Below are positions 36,030-49,100 of a stretch of DNA of 64,000 nucleotides, one piece after another (position 1 is the first letter of the stretch; each line of letters opens with the position of its first letter). Below the pieces are notes generated by a model, which had not been told where the DNA came from, made no database searches, and saw only the letters and a list, made by a program, of their open reading frames with translations. Position numbers and translations under genes: made by a program. Source of the DNA: Carcharhinus longimanus (lineage: Eukaryota); NCBI GenBank assembly GCA_030264375.1, contig JASCQW010000061.1:106416995-106480994 (forward strand), given 5' to 3'.

Positions 36030-38790
36030 GTCCAAGAGTGACACAGGAAAGCAGTAAGCTGATTGGTTGGTGAGTTTAGGGATTGTGTTTAAATAGCTGA
36101 AGCTAAAAGAAACATTATTTATGGGGAAAGTATTATTTACTATCTGTATCTAGATTTGTTCTAATTTTATACTTAAGAATGTCAGGTGAGGACAGCTGAG
36201 TGAAATGTGTAGTGTCATATGTGGGGAGCCCTGGACACTGTCAGTGTCCTAGATGATCATATGTACAGGAAGTGTTCCCAGTTGCCCAAGCTGGAGCTCT
36301 GGGTTTTGAAGATTTAGCAGTGGCTGGAGATACTGTGGTGCATCCGTGAGGCTGAGTTACATGGATAGCATGTTTAGAGAGATGGTTAAATTGCAGCTCA
36401 AGGGTCTAGAGAAAAGAAGGGAATGGATGACCACTAGACTGTCCAGAAAGAACAGACAGGTAGTACAAGAGTCCTCTGGGGTCCAGCTCACTAACTGATA
36501 TTCCATTTTGGAAGCTGAAAAGGGTGCTGATACGCTGTAGGAATGCAGTTAGAGCCAAGCTTCTTTCACTACAAGCAGCTTGACTGCACATGGGGGGAGG
36601 AAGAAGAAAGGAAGAAAAATAACAGTAGGGAATTCTTTAGTCAGGGGAGCAGACAAGTGTTTCTGCGGCCAATTACATGACTCCAGGATAGTGTGTTGCC
36701 TCCTGGGTGCTGCTGTGCATCCTGAAAAGGGCAGGATGATGAGTTAGAGGTCATAGTAAATGTTGGTACTAACAATATGGGCATAATGGGGAATGAGGTC
36801 TTGCATCAAGAATTCAGGGAGCTACTCAATAGATTAAAAAGTAGGGCCTCAACGGTTTACTGAATTTCTGGATTACTCCCGGTGCCACGTGCCAGCAAGT
36901 ATAGAAATAGGAAAGGAGGAGAGATGAATGTATGGCTCCAGCATTAGTGCAAGAGGCAAGGTTTTAGATTCCTGAATCACTATGACCATTTCTTGGGAAA
37001 GTGAGACATGTACAAATGGGATGGTCTGCACCTGAACCATATTGAGACAACATCCTTGCAGGTAGATTTGCTAGTGCTCTTGGGAGGAGTTTAAACTAGT
37101 CTGGCAGGAGGAGACGATAGAGGATATTGGCAAAGTAGAGACACATCATGCTATAGCATAGGAAGCAAGTCAGAGTGAGTTAAACTATGTTGAGTGTCCA
37201 GAATGTAAGGCATTTCTGGATGGTCTCTTTACTTTAGGAGTGTAATAGGTAAGACTGATGAGTTAAAGGTGTGAATTGAAATATGGGAGTGTGATATTGT
37301 AGCCATCACAGAAACATGGTTGAGGGAAGGGCAGGACTGGCAACTCAACATTCTGGGGAACAGGATCTTTAGATGAGACAGAGGAGGATATAAAAAGGGA
37401 GGTGGTATTAATTAAGAAGTTAATCAGGCTGCTATGGGAGGCGAGGCAGGAAGTTGCAGGGGCTCTGACACAAATTTTTAATTCCTCTCTGGCCAGGAGG
37501 CAAGTGCCAGAGGACTGGTGGACTTTTCAAGAATGTGGTAGAGATGAACCAGGAAATTACAGTCTCATGTCAGTGGTAGGGAAACAACTGGAGAAAATTC
37601 TGAAGGAGAGAATTAATATTCACTTGGAAAGGCATGGATCAATTAGGGATAGTCAGCATGGCATTGTCAGAGGGAGGTCATGCCTAACAAATTTGTTAGG
37701 ATTTTTAAAAAATGTGATCAAGGTTGTGGATGAGGGAAGGTCAGTTGATGTAGTTTATATGAAGTTCAGCAAAACTTTTGACAAGGTCCCACCTGAGAGA
37801 CTGACTGTGAAGGTTAAAGCATGTAGAATTCAGGGAAACTTGGTGAGATGAATCTGAAACTGCCTTAGTAATAGTTTTTTTTTAAAGTTAAAGTCTATTA
37901 TTTATTAGTCACAAGCAGGCTTAAATTAACACTGCAGTGAAGTTACTGTGAAAATCCCTTAGTTGCCACACTCTCGCGTCTGTTCGGGTACACTGCGGGA
38001 GAATTTAGTATGGCCAAATCACCTAACTAGCATGTCTTTGGATTGTGGGAGAAAACCGGAGCATCCACAGGAAACCCGTGCAGACACAGGGAGGATGTGC
38101 AGACTGTGCACAGACTGTGACCCAAGCTGGGAATCAAACTAGGGTTTCTGATGCTATGAGGCAGCAGTGCTAACCACTGTGCCACCAAGCTGACTCATAA
38201 AGGGTACTGGTGAAAGGTTGTTCTAGTGACTGGACGCCGGTGTCCAGTGGTTGTTACAAGGATCAGTACTGGGACCCTTATTAGGTTTGTTACATGCATA
38301 AATGATACAGGTGAAAATGTAGAGGGAATGTTTAGCAAGTTTGCAGATGACACCAAAATTGGTAGGGTAGTTAAGAGTAAAGGTTGTAGGTTACAGGAAG
38401 ATCTAGATGAGTTGGTCAAATGGGCAGAGCAACGGTAGATGGTGTTTAACCCTGATAAGTGCGAGGTGATACACTTTGAAAGAAGAACACTGGGTAGTTC
38501 AGAATAACAAATCCTTGAAGGTGGCAGAGCATGTGAACAAGATAGTTAAGAGGCATGTGGGATATTTACTTTCATCAAGTGTGTTACAGAATATAAGAGC
38601 AAGGGGGTAATGTTGCAGTTGTACAGAGTGTTGGTTAGGCCACAGCTGGGGCACCGAATCCATATCTGGTCACGTCACTACAGGAAGGACATGATAGCAC
38701 TAGAAGGCATATGGAGGTGGTTCACTAGGATGTTGCCTGGGATGGAACATTTGAGCTATAAGGAGAGACTGGATGGGCTTAAATTGTTTT
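36030..38790 (+). mobile_element. Near full-length decayed CR1 (ORF1 Zn-finger and SGNH; ORF2 with large deletion)
   Basis: NVGTNNMG, WDGLHLN, DIVAITETWLREGQDWQ, SQHGIVRGRSCLTNL, FSKFADDTK, RMLPG. Confidence 0.9.
37878..38190 (-). mobile_element. V-SINE subfamily B nested in CR1 RT
   Basis: B tail, V-domain and head gcagcagtgctaaccactgtgccacc. Confidence 0.9.
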
Positions 38791-39869
38791 NNNNNNNNNN
38801 NNNNNNNNNNNNNNNNNNNNNNNNNNNNNNNNNNNNNNNNNNNNNNNNNNNNNNNNNNNNNNNNNNNNNNNNNNNNNNNNNNNNNNNNNNNNNNNNNNNN
38901 NNNNNNNNNNNNNNNNNNNNNNNNNNNNNNNNNNNNNNNNNNNNNNNNNNNNNNNNNNNNNNNNNNNNNNNNNNNNNNNNNNNNNNNNNNNNNNNNNNNN
39001 NNNNNNNNNNNNNNNNNNNNNNNNNNNNNNNNNNNNNNNNNNNNNNNNNNNNNNNNNNNNNNNNNNNNNNAGGAAAATGGGTCCAGTGCGCCTTTAGTGG
39101 TAATTATGGTTGGTGCAGACTCGATGGGCTGAAGGGCCTTTTCTATGCTGTATGACTCTGAGTTTTGGATGAGCAAAATGTAGGGTGGAAGTCGGCAGCT
39201 AGACAGGAGATTGTCAACTCTGCAAGTAATAAAGGTGTGGATGTAGGTTTGGTCAATAAGTTAACTGAGGCAGAGGTGGACAGATAGCGTTGAGAAGTAA
39301 ACAGTATTGGTGATGGAGTGATATGGGATTGCAAGCTCAGCTCACTGTTAAATAGAACACAAAGGTTGCAAACAATATGCAAATATGTTTATGGGCAAAT
39401 AATACAGACAATCAAGTTCAATTAGGCAAATTATAGGTGCAAAAATACTTATCCAAACTATTGAAAATTAACCTGCCTAGGTAACTGAGTGCTGAGCAAT
39501 TTCAATGAGAGCATGAGACAATTTTCCCAGGTTCTTCTCCTAATGAATCGCTTCACTAGGCTGAAGTGCAGGTTCCCTCCGACGTTTTAGGCCTAATTCT
39601 GACCCATTAAACCAGTGGCGCATTGAAAAATTAATTATAACCATGATTTCGTTTCAAAGCACATCACCACATTGATGACATTAGTTTGCCGATAAACAAT
39701 ATCAATTATAAAGATTGTGTAAAGAAAGATCAGAATGCATGAAGCTGAATGGTAAATTTGCACAAACTTGCTGTGGTACAGTTCAGTGGCGAGGCAGGCA
39801 CTAACGTTAAAGTTAAGGAGGGGTGCACATTTTCAGTGAATTTAGAAATAACTTTAAGAGATCTTACCA

Positions 39870-40439
39870 GATAGCGGGGCGGGACCGGGAAAGGATTCGT
39901 TCCGGTAATTTGACTATACAAATATGTTCATGCTCCGGCGACAGGCAGTCCACGCAGAATTGGTCAATTACATCCAGGGTGAATGCCACGAAAGTCATAC
40001 AGGTAATAGAACAGGGCATGTATTTGTGTCCGGGGAATCAACATTAGGAACACATAAATCACTGTTAACTAGGTCCAGAAAATGGAATGACCCACAACTC
40101 GGCAATATTGGTCGTGGAGCTTCCCGACGTCCCGGTCCCTACCTCTTGTCCAGCAGTGTTGGTAATGCTACTTTCAGGCAGGAACAGAGGCGGGAGGATG
40201 TTCATACAACAACATTGTTTGCTGGAACATTGGCCTAATTGAAACATGGCAGTCCCGACCTCACTTTGCCTGTTCAGGAGCTGCCGTGTTCCCGGAGCCA
40301 TTCTAAGTAGCGGCTGGCGGGCATAGACATGTAACTTTGCATTTGGGGACTCCCTGCATCTATCTGTATCCGCCGACATGGGTTTCTACCGCGTTGGGAT
40401 AGCAAAATCATAGTCTCCGCGCTGACTTCCGTGGAAGTT
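39870..40439. promoter_or_regulatory. CpG-rich candidate (bidirectional) promoter
   Basis: GC box ggggcggg at ~39876; ETS cores ttccgg and ACTTCCGTGGAAGT; CpG-rich; nearby donors ctg|gtaaga (-, 39868) and cag|gtgtgt (+, ~40732). Confidence 0.45.
40143..40379 (-). CDS. Candidate first coding exon, unknown product
   Basis: ATGTCGGCGG ~45 bp downstream of CGGAAGT; 79 open codons MSADTDRC...NTAGQE ending at gag|gtaggg. Confidence 0.2.
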
Positions 40440-40601
40440 CAATAAGAGGTCTCACAACACCAGCTTAAAGTCCAACCAGTTTATTTGATAGTAAACCCAC
40501 AAGTATCAAAGTATCAAATAAACTGGTTGGACTTTAACCTGGTGTTGTGAGACTTCTTACTGTGTTTACCCCAGTCCAACGCCGGCATCTCCACACCATT
40601 T
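40440..40601. mobile_element. Penelope-like hairpin, family A, with 10-bp TSD
   Basis: Inverted arms gtctcacaacaccagcttaaagtccaaccagtttatttgata / tatcaaataaactggttggactttaacctggtgttgtgagac; CGTGGAAGTT at 40430-40439 and 40602-40611. Confidence 0.8.
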
Positions 40602-42173
40602 CGTGGAAGTTAGCAGAGTTGGGAAAGGACTCTCTGTATTTGGCTGCTGGAAGGCTGGGCACAGTAATGGTGCTCCCATCCCGTTGATGAGGCCAGAATG
40701 ACCATCTAGAACAGTGCAGGAACGACAAGCCAGGTGTGTTTTGGTATTGGGTACACAGGAATGAACCTCTCATGGTGCTGTTAATGCACATTCAAATTGT
40801 TTTATGAAGACAAAGAGTGTACAATGCCCATCAAAAGAGAAAGGAACTGATATTTCAGAGTTACAATGCCCATTGAATGTACAATGAATTTTATTAAAGA
40901 AGTTTAGAGCTACAGAGCCCTATTTTATTGAGAAAACTCAGGATCAGGTCAATGAGTTTATCTTGGAACTGCGGATTTTCGATTTCAGGCTGCAGAAGTG
41001 AAACACTTTAAAATTATTTTGCATTTGTTACGAAGCAAGGCATTTGTTTGTATTAGATCTACTATTTTTAAGATAATAGATAAAAGTGCTGATATGCTGA
41101 TTGGAAGTTCCTGCAAGGAATAGTCCGCATTGGAAGCACTGGGCAGGAAAGCACAGGCCAGCATGTACTACATAACTCAATGAATGGCTAAATGTTGTGG
41201 CCTGTCTTGAAATGAATATTAGAAAAAGTCCTAATGAACAAATGATGTTACTTGTGCTGTTAATGTGGCTTGAACCTTCCGGACACTTTTGGTTAAATAT
41301 TTGAAGAGATTAGTAACTCTTATAGAACAGGTTTAGGAAGAAAAAAAATCGGGTAATAAAGTATAAATTGTATATTCAAGCAAAATAGATGTCAGCAGTA
41401 GTCACTCAGACATGTAAGAAATGCTGTATATTTACTAAAAGGCAACATATGTCTGTGATTGGATTTCAACCGTCAGGTGTAAGAATTCCCAGAAGAAAGT
41501 GAAGCATCCTTGAATGTGAGGGCTAAAGCCGACAGTATCTTTACCCAAAGGAATATCTCAAAAGATTCAGGACTTTCGAAAACAAGCCTCAAAGCCACAT
41601 GTAACTAGAAACCATAAATAGTCTTCATAGTGATTAATGTCATTTAATTATTTGTTCTGACCATTTTAGGATATTGTCCAGATAACAAAAGCTAAATGTG
41701 ATTTCCTTTCGTAAAATCAAAAGATATGATGGAGCACTTAAGGATTGGACCATGGGTCAGGACTGTCCATGAACAATTCCATTTCTTCTTATTTTGTGTA
41801 TTACCAACAGTAAACAGATACTTTTTAAAATATTTCTGTTTAATGGCCATCAGAGATTTTTAAAAAATAGTATTCAAAATAATGGCTATACATATAAAGT
41901 TCCCCTTTCATTTAAAATGGAGGAATTTTATTAGTTATGTCATAATTTTAACTTCAAGCATTCTCAATGAAAAATAATAGCCTTCATTCAAAGATTTCAG
42001 TATTCAAATAAGATCTGACTTGTATAATCTGTGATACAGATAGGTTTGAAATAAGTGGTATTGATCTTCTTAATAATGGTTCTGTTTTTTTCCCTTGGAA
42101 CTCCAGTAACCCTTTCAATGTAATGTCGTACCTATTGTCCCTTTCATTTAACATTTCCTGCCTATCACTTTAG

Positions 42174-42267
42174 AATTGTCACCTTTGGAATTCAGCTCTC
42201 CACAGCTCTCCTCACCTATCTGAATCTTAACAGGATCATTGCACATTTGGATGAATTCAACTCTGAG
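42174..42267 (+). CDS. Candidate internal coding exon
   Basis: Pyrimidine-rich acceptor ...cctgcctatcactttag, donor gag|gtcagt; open frame IVTFGIQLSTALLTYLNLNRIIAHLDEFNSE. Confidence 0.35.
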
Positions 42268-45200
42268 GTCAGTCTGCCCCTTTCTTTTTTGAAAGCGAGT
42301 CGCTACGTTACAATTTCTCTCTGAACAGAACAAAATTACTGGGCTAGTTTCTACAGCAACCTCTTAGAGGGATGACATGACTTCAATCTGAATTGTAATG
42401 CATTATCACTCAGGCACAGCTTACCACATGACCTCTAGTGGCTAGGTCAAAAATCAGCCATGTTAGCAATTCAGGTGTTTCCGTTGTATGCTCACAGCAC
42501 ATATTTCCTGATGGAAAGATATTCTTTCCACATTTAAGTCTAATGCTACTGTGGAGTACATGCCTCTCAACTATCTTCCATTAGGTAGCACTTTGCCAAG
42601 GGTCATGTTTCAAGGTTAGAATGATCAAATAACTTTTGCACTGATCAGATAGAGATTTCGCCCTATCAAACCAATATGAGAAATCATTTCCAATTAAATT
42701 AAAAGTAATATATTTTGGTACAACAGTTCTCAATTCATTTATGATTATTAGTGTTCACATATTAAAATCTGTACATCATCAATAGTTTTACTTTCCAAGC
42801 CAGAATATTTATTTTTTTAGAAGGGCAAAAAATAATTGCAGATGCAAATGCAACATAATCTTGTTTTTTTTATATCAATTTCTAAGAATTTAGAAAACTT
42901 GATCCTCATTTAATTATATATTTTCCTAATTTTTCATGTAAAAATGTCTATGAAGGTGGTTGTTTAGAACTACTTCAAAAATATATTTATTACAATTCAT
43001 AGTTCCATTCCCAGTTTTTATTATATCCCCATGATAAAAGCTTAGGCTTTCTAAGCGCTTACCCTAATAGTGTCATTTCCACCCCTTCTTTGCGTCTCTG
43101 TGGAACAATATGGAGACAATCGACTGTATTATTATGCTTAGCTGCACAATGAAAATATCAAGACCCTATTTCTGCACCGTACTTCTTGATTAACTCAATC
43201 AGGCCTTTTCAAAAAGGCTTCATTGGATATATTCCAAAGCAATTCTTTCGAAACAAGTAAAACAATGGAGGCTGATTTGTGCAGAAGTATCTTCATTGAT
43301 CAGACAATACCATGACAGGCCTCTCATCCATTTTCCTTCTGGAGTATTTAATATTTGTCACCGTTGCTCCAGAAAGGCTTTTACAGTGATTATTTTAAAC
43401 ACAAATCCTTTTTAAGTACTATCTAAAAATAAGCCACTGGTAATAATGAAAAAAGATTTTGGCATATTTTAATCATTTGAAGTAAAATATTCTGGAATTA
43501 AGTCTTCAAAATGTTATGAAACATTGACAGTACTGAATGGTATCAAAACACAAGTATGCTAATGTTGATAAAAGTTAACTAGTGACATGACGGGTGATTT
43601 CATAATCTTTCGGAGCGTGGGTCAGAGATAGTGCTATATCACTGCTTTNNNNNNNNNNNNNNNNNNNNNNNNNNNNNNNNNNNNNNNNNNNNNNNNNNNN
43701 NNNNNNNNNNNNNNNNNNNNNNNNNNNNNNNNNNNNNNNNNNNNNNNNCACTGCGTTGCCAATTCTCTCATCATATGGTCCCCTTTCATGCAGCTCCTTG
43801 CTGGGAGGGTGGATTCATAAATCGCCCTATAGTTTACATTGTCCATACATCTATGTTAATGAAAGTTCAACAATAATCCTGTAGATCAGCTTCATGCTTT
43901 TCTTTTAATTCTTTGTGTATTGAAAACAGCAGATGGTTGCAGCATAATTTTTCTGCTATCACCTGCTATAAGAGCTTTCAGGATTTCCCCTCTACTGTTA
44001 AACAACATTAAACAAACTCAGGAATTCCAGAAGGGTTAAAAAGTATGTTTTAATGTCTTAACTCAAAGGCTAAGGAACGATTTTACATCTGAGGTCATTT
44101 CTAAAAAAGAAACAATTAATTTAGTTTGCAGACTGAGAGGTCTGTTTAAATGCATTTGTTTTGTGAAGACAATAAATGGTAATATATTTTGTGTTGCTGA
44201 CCTTGCTCAGTAAAAATAGCTGCCCCTGATAATTAACTGGCAATAGTGAAAACATATAAATGCTAATTATTCTAGGAGTTTCAGCCTAGGAATGCACAAA
44301 GTAAAGAAATACTCTGCACCATTATTGCACCAGAACTACAAAAATGCAAGTATGCTGCAAATCTGAGCAAAATATGAAATAATTCAAAATGGTGTCAATT
44401 CCTTTTCAGACCACTTCATTGGTTGCTGTGTAAAATGATGTTATGAATCTATGGCACATGCAGGTTTGAAACACTGCTATTCAAGTCATAAGGCACAAAA
44501 GCCTGATAAGTTCTGACACCTAAAGTAAAAAATGAAGATAATGCCGTGTAGAGTAGGTTGGATTTGTGATGCTAATTTAAGGGCTTGTGCTACACTTCAA
44601 AGCTTGGAAATTATTTGCAGACCTCGCTCAGGTATTAGTAAACTTCTCTACTGTGTTGTCTATCGACACAATACAAAATATCATTTTAAACCAACACAAT
44701 TTCCACGCCAGACTGCTTTGAAGCTTTAAAACCACACTTTATCTAAAGTACCATTTGCCACAAGGATTATCACATATGGATTAATACTACGCATTTGATT
44801 ACGTATAAAGTGCAAGAGGGAAGGTGACAGTCCCAGAATGGATGATGAATATTCGTTAAAATATTGGCAATGATGAAAGTGGGTAGCTACAGATATGTTA
44901 ATAACCCACCTATTACTGAAAATTAAAAGCATGCATTAATAGGACCAAATTATAAAGTGCATATTGTAAATTATTGCAGTTGGTTCCTTTTAAGGGTAAT
45001 ACATTTACTATTAACTTACTGTATTATTAGCAGAGTTTCACCGTTGCATCATTAGTAACTGCCCTGGATTCTGAAAGGGAGTGTGAAAATATTATTTTTC
45101 CTGAAGGAAGAAGAATAAATTAAATAAGTGAGCACTATTGTGCCACACTATAATCACTGCGAAAGAATGTGACTGCATTTCCTAATATGAATTATATCAT

Positions 45201-45344
45201 CTCTCTTAGTTAACAAAAACAATAGATGTGCTTTATTTGATATATTTCAGAAATAAAGAAGCATAATTATGGTCATAAAACCATAATTTCTGCTGATGAA
45301 TAGTATCTTCATCTGGGGCAAGATGTTCTATGGTCATTACATAA

Positions 45345-45763
45345 AAGGACACAATTGCCTTTCATGTCTTAGGACATCACATGGTTCTTCGTAGCCAATC
45401 AAAAATCAAAATCTTTTGAAATGCAGTCACTATAGTAATATATGGAAACACAGCAGCCATTTGACCACAGCAATATTTCAAAACCAAAGATAAATAACTA
45501 AATAATCTATTTTAGTGCTGCCAATTGAGGAATGAAGATTGGCCAGGACCTAGGGAGACATCCCTTGCTCTTTGAACAGTGCTATGGATCTTTTACATCC
45601 GCATGAAAAAGCAGATGGGATCTTGGTTTAAGACCTCATCTGAAAGACAGGATCCCTGGCTGTGTAGCACTGTACTGAAGTATCAGCCTGGATTATATGC
45701 TGAAGTCTCTGGAGTGGGGCTTGAATCCATGACCTTCTAGCTACTGCCGAGCCAAAGCTGACA
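45345..45763 (-). mobile_element. SacSINE1-like DeuSINE
   Basis: Deu-domain rc ggatcttttacatcc...ggtttaagacctcatctgaaagaca; head ctggagtggggcttgaatcc...gagccaaagctgaca. Confidence 0.8.
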
Positions 45764-46093
45764 AATAAATGTCATCATGTGTAACAATACTATAAATATG
45801 TTCTTGAAGATTTCCCTAGTCGTTTTTAAAAATACATGTTTATATTCCTTGCTAGAAGTAGCAATCAGTTTGTGGAAACATTCCTGATATTGCTACACAT
45901 ACGAAACCAATGAAAATTTTTTGTCTTTTATTCCGCAGGTGGAGGTCCACCTCGTTGTGAAACGAGGGGCATGCACACGGTGGGTCGTGCGTGGNNNNNN
46001 NNNNNNNNNNNNNNNNNNNNNNNNNNNNNNNNNNNNNNNNNNNNNNNNNNNNNNNNNNNNNNNNNNNNNNNNNNNNNNNNNNNNNNNNNNNNN

Positions 46094-46165
46094 NGGGTGA
46101 TGTGGCGGCGCGGGCTTGTTGGGCCGAAGGGCCTGTTTCCCGTGCTGGGTTGTTCTTTGTTCTTT
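46094..46165 (+). mobile_element. CR1 3' tail
   Basis: gggccgaagggcctgtttcccgtgctgggttgttctttgttcttt, as at 1225-1275 and 60420-60460. Confidence 0.8.
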
Positions 46166-49100
46166 GTAAAATTCTTATTCACTTGACAGCGTGACAAACA
46201 CAGGGACTAATGCTAATGTGAATTGCTGCAAGTTTAAAGAATAAACTCTTGGCTCCTCTGTGAGAAAATTCAAGAAAGCTAATGGATACAACAGTTTATT
46301 CTCACCTATTCATATAGGCTGTTATCACATGTGGACTCTTTTGTTATGTACTGCAACTGTGAATCAGAAAAGGGTGACTAATGGGGAAGATACAGACCGA
46401 AAGGCTGAAGGTCATTTTGTATCAGCTGGCTACATTGCAGCAAAGCAAACACCTATTCTTTTAATAAGTAAACTGAGACAACTTGAATGGTACCGATAAT
46501 CAAAAAACAACAATGAATGTGGCAAAATATCCGTACATTGACACAACTTGCTCTTATACAAAACTTCCTCTAAAACATAATGCTGATTGCAGTTTTTGAA
46601 AATGCAAGAAAGTCATTATGTAAAAATGGAGAAATTATAATCTGAATTGCAGAACGAGAATAATCTGTTTCATTACATTTAAACAATTGCACGTGTACAT
46701 TAGTGCTTTTATGTTCTTGTGTTACAAAATATAAGCTGCTTCACACACTGCATTCAAAATATGTCTCCCATGTCATACTGCAGGAACATCAAAAAATTCC
46801 TGGGATGGCCTGAATAAGAACATCTTACTGTAGTTTTCTATCAACCAATAATTGCACCTTAACTACTTTACAGACTAACTACTTTGGAATCTGTTTCTTG
46901 TTCAGAATTTGACAGCATAGTGGAATTTTTTCATCAAGCAGAAGCCCACACATACCAGAGAAATCTATTGGTACATTGCACTGATTAATCCTTGCATTCT
47001 AAACATTCTTAGTCATTTGCAATATCAATGAAACCATAATCAAGATTGTGCTTAGCATTGCTGCCAGGGAGCCTTATCAATCTGAACTGCGTAGGAAAGT
47101 GATGACTTTGACCTTGTATGATTTCATGGTGAGTTTGCCCTTTTAGTTTTTATCTTCTTGTAATTTTTTTGGGAGGGATGCTGAATGAGAGTTGTACCAG
47201 CAAAACATATTGTAGGTACATTTGGCACAGTGCAAGGTAATACAGTTTTAACTTCAACTTCAGTAGGTCAATCCACTACCACCACATATGGTTGTTTCAT
47301 TCCTACCTTAACCCCTTACCCCTCCACTCTCATGGAATATTTCCCAATTTAGACCTGTCATTGCTGAGCTATATATGGATACTCTTGACCAAATTGATTT
47401 TTTGATCCAGTTTTGTATTTACGAAAGTACCAAGCAGAATTCTAAGAATGTAACTGATTCAGACTGCAGGGTCCCCAAGTTCTGCAGCAGCAAGGTCTTT
47501 AAGTTGCAGTACTTTCAATCTGACTTGATGTTTTGAGCTGAAAATACTGCTTTGAAAGCATTTTTCTAGTTAACACTGAAATTATTGCCCAATATACACA
47601 GAACAACAGAAGATCATAGAGTTACAAGGTGGCAATCGGAGCAGAAAGGTTTGGATGATATCGGAAAGCACAGGAGTGAACCTTGTGTAGTTCATGAAGT
47701 AAACTAGATAACCACATTGAACAGTTTTGCACCTATTTATTATCTCATTCATCATATACTTGTAACCAATTTTTCACAGAAAAAGTTTGTTTTCTTACTA
47801 TTGCAAACTGCAGTTTGCTGATTAGAGTTATGAGTTTGAAGGGTGCTGTGATGTAGGAGAAAATGCTTGGCAGCGCATTGAAAATTTGAGTTAATGCCAA
47901 GCACTGTGAAATTAAAGTGCAGCAGTTTGCTGGCTTGTATCCTGGATAGTACTACACAGGCCTGCATATGTCACAGAATCATTTTCATTTCAAGATATGG
48001 GTCAACATCAGATAGACAGATTCCCTACTCAAATCAAGAATTGCATTCCACCAAAAATCATTTGTCTCTCATTACAAAAAATCCATTTATAATGCTTTAG
48101 TGGTACAGTTTCCAGCAAAACACTATCTCCAATTATTCACATTTTTAATGTTTATCCCACTGGCTATTGTTATTCTATTTATTTGAAGACAATCAATGTG
48201 TTGGAAGCAAAATCTTGTGCACATTAGCAGTTACTTTTCTAAAGGTAATGGTAATCCATAGCTTTATCAGAGAAATGCAATGGATGTTTTCTATGTGCCT
48301 CTCCACACATAGTCTGTAGATTTCTCCCCATCCCATGCAACCCTCACTCCATGCACACTTCTCAGACTGAGGAAGCAACCTGGTGTAGATTTTTACAACA
48401 TTAAAAGTTAGGTCATCTGACCAACAAAATTTATTCCTTCTTCAGTTTATGTATACTGTACCTTGCCATGGACTCGGCCCAACAAATTTGATGGCCTGAG
48501 AGAGACAACAGCTAAACTTCCAAAAATATGTCAGAATTATTCCTTCATCCTAATTGAGCAAAACTGCAGCATATTCATCCATCTTTGTAAGCCACAATTA
48601 CAAATCTAACTAGTGCATGCCACAGGGTATTATCATTATCTCAGCAGCACATCAATTATCTTTTATGCTAGTAGACTATAGGGTTACCTTTTTGGAGGAT
48701 AGTGATCCAATTACCTCTAAGGATACTACGAGTTCCAAATTGCTATATTGCATATTCTCCTCAATAGTAAGTCACATTTTCAGCAGCATTAATCTATGCT
48801 AGCAACCTAAAGTTGGGAATATTGAAGTCTTTAATAACATTGGTCAGAAAGTATCAATTAGCATGATTGTACACACTACTGATGTACATTACGCATCAAA
48901 TTTAAGTTTTGATCACATGACCATGTGCCTTGATTGTATGAATAACATGTATGCATATTATTTTATTATAACATTGTTTAGATGTTCAACATGGAAGTAA
49001 TTGAAATATTTACACAAAGGAAACACTATTTTTGTTACAGCTGGCATAGTGAAAGCATCAACAGCATAACCATTATTCCAGAAACTCAAATAGTTGCAGT

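Noticed and set aside
39924-40238. 104-aa plus-strand ORF in the CpG island
   Set aside because: No recognisable domain; overlaps an equally long minus ORF, as expected by chance in GC-richer DNA
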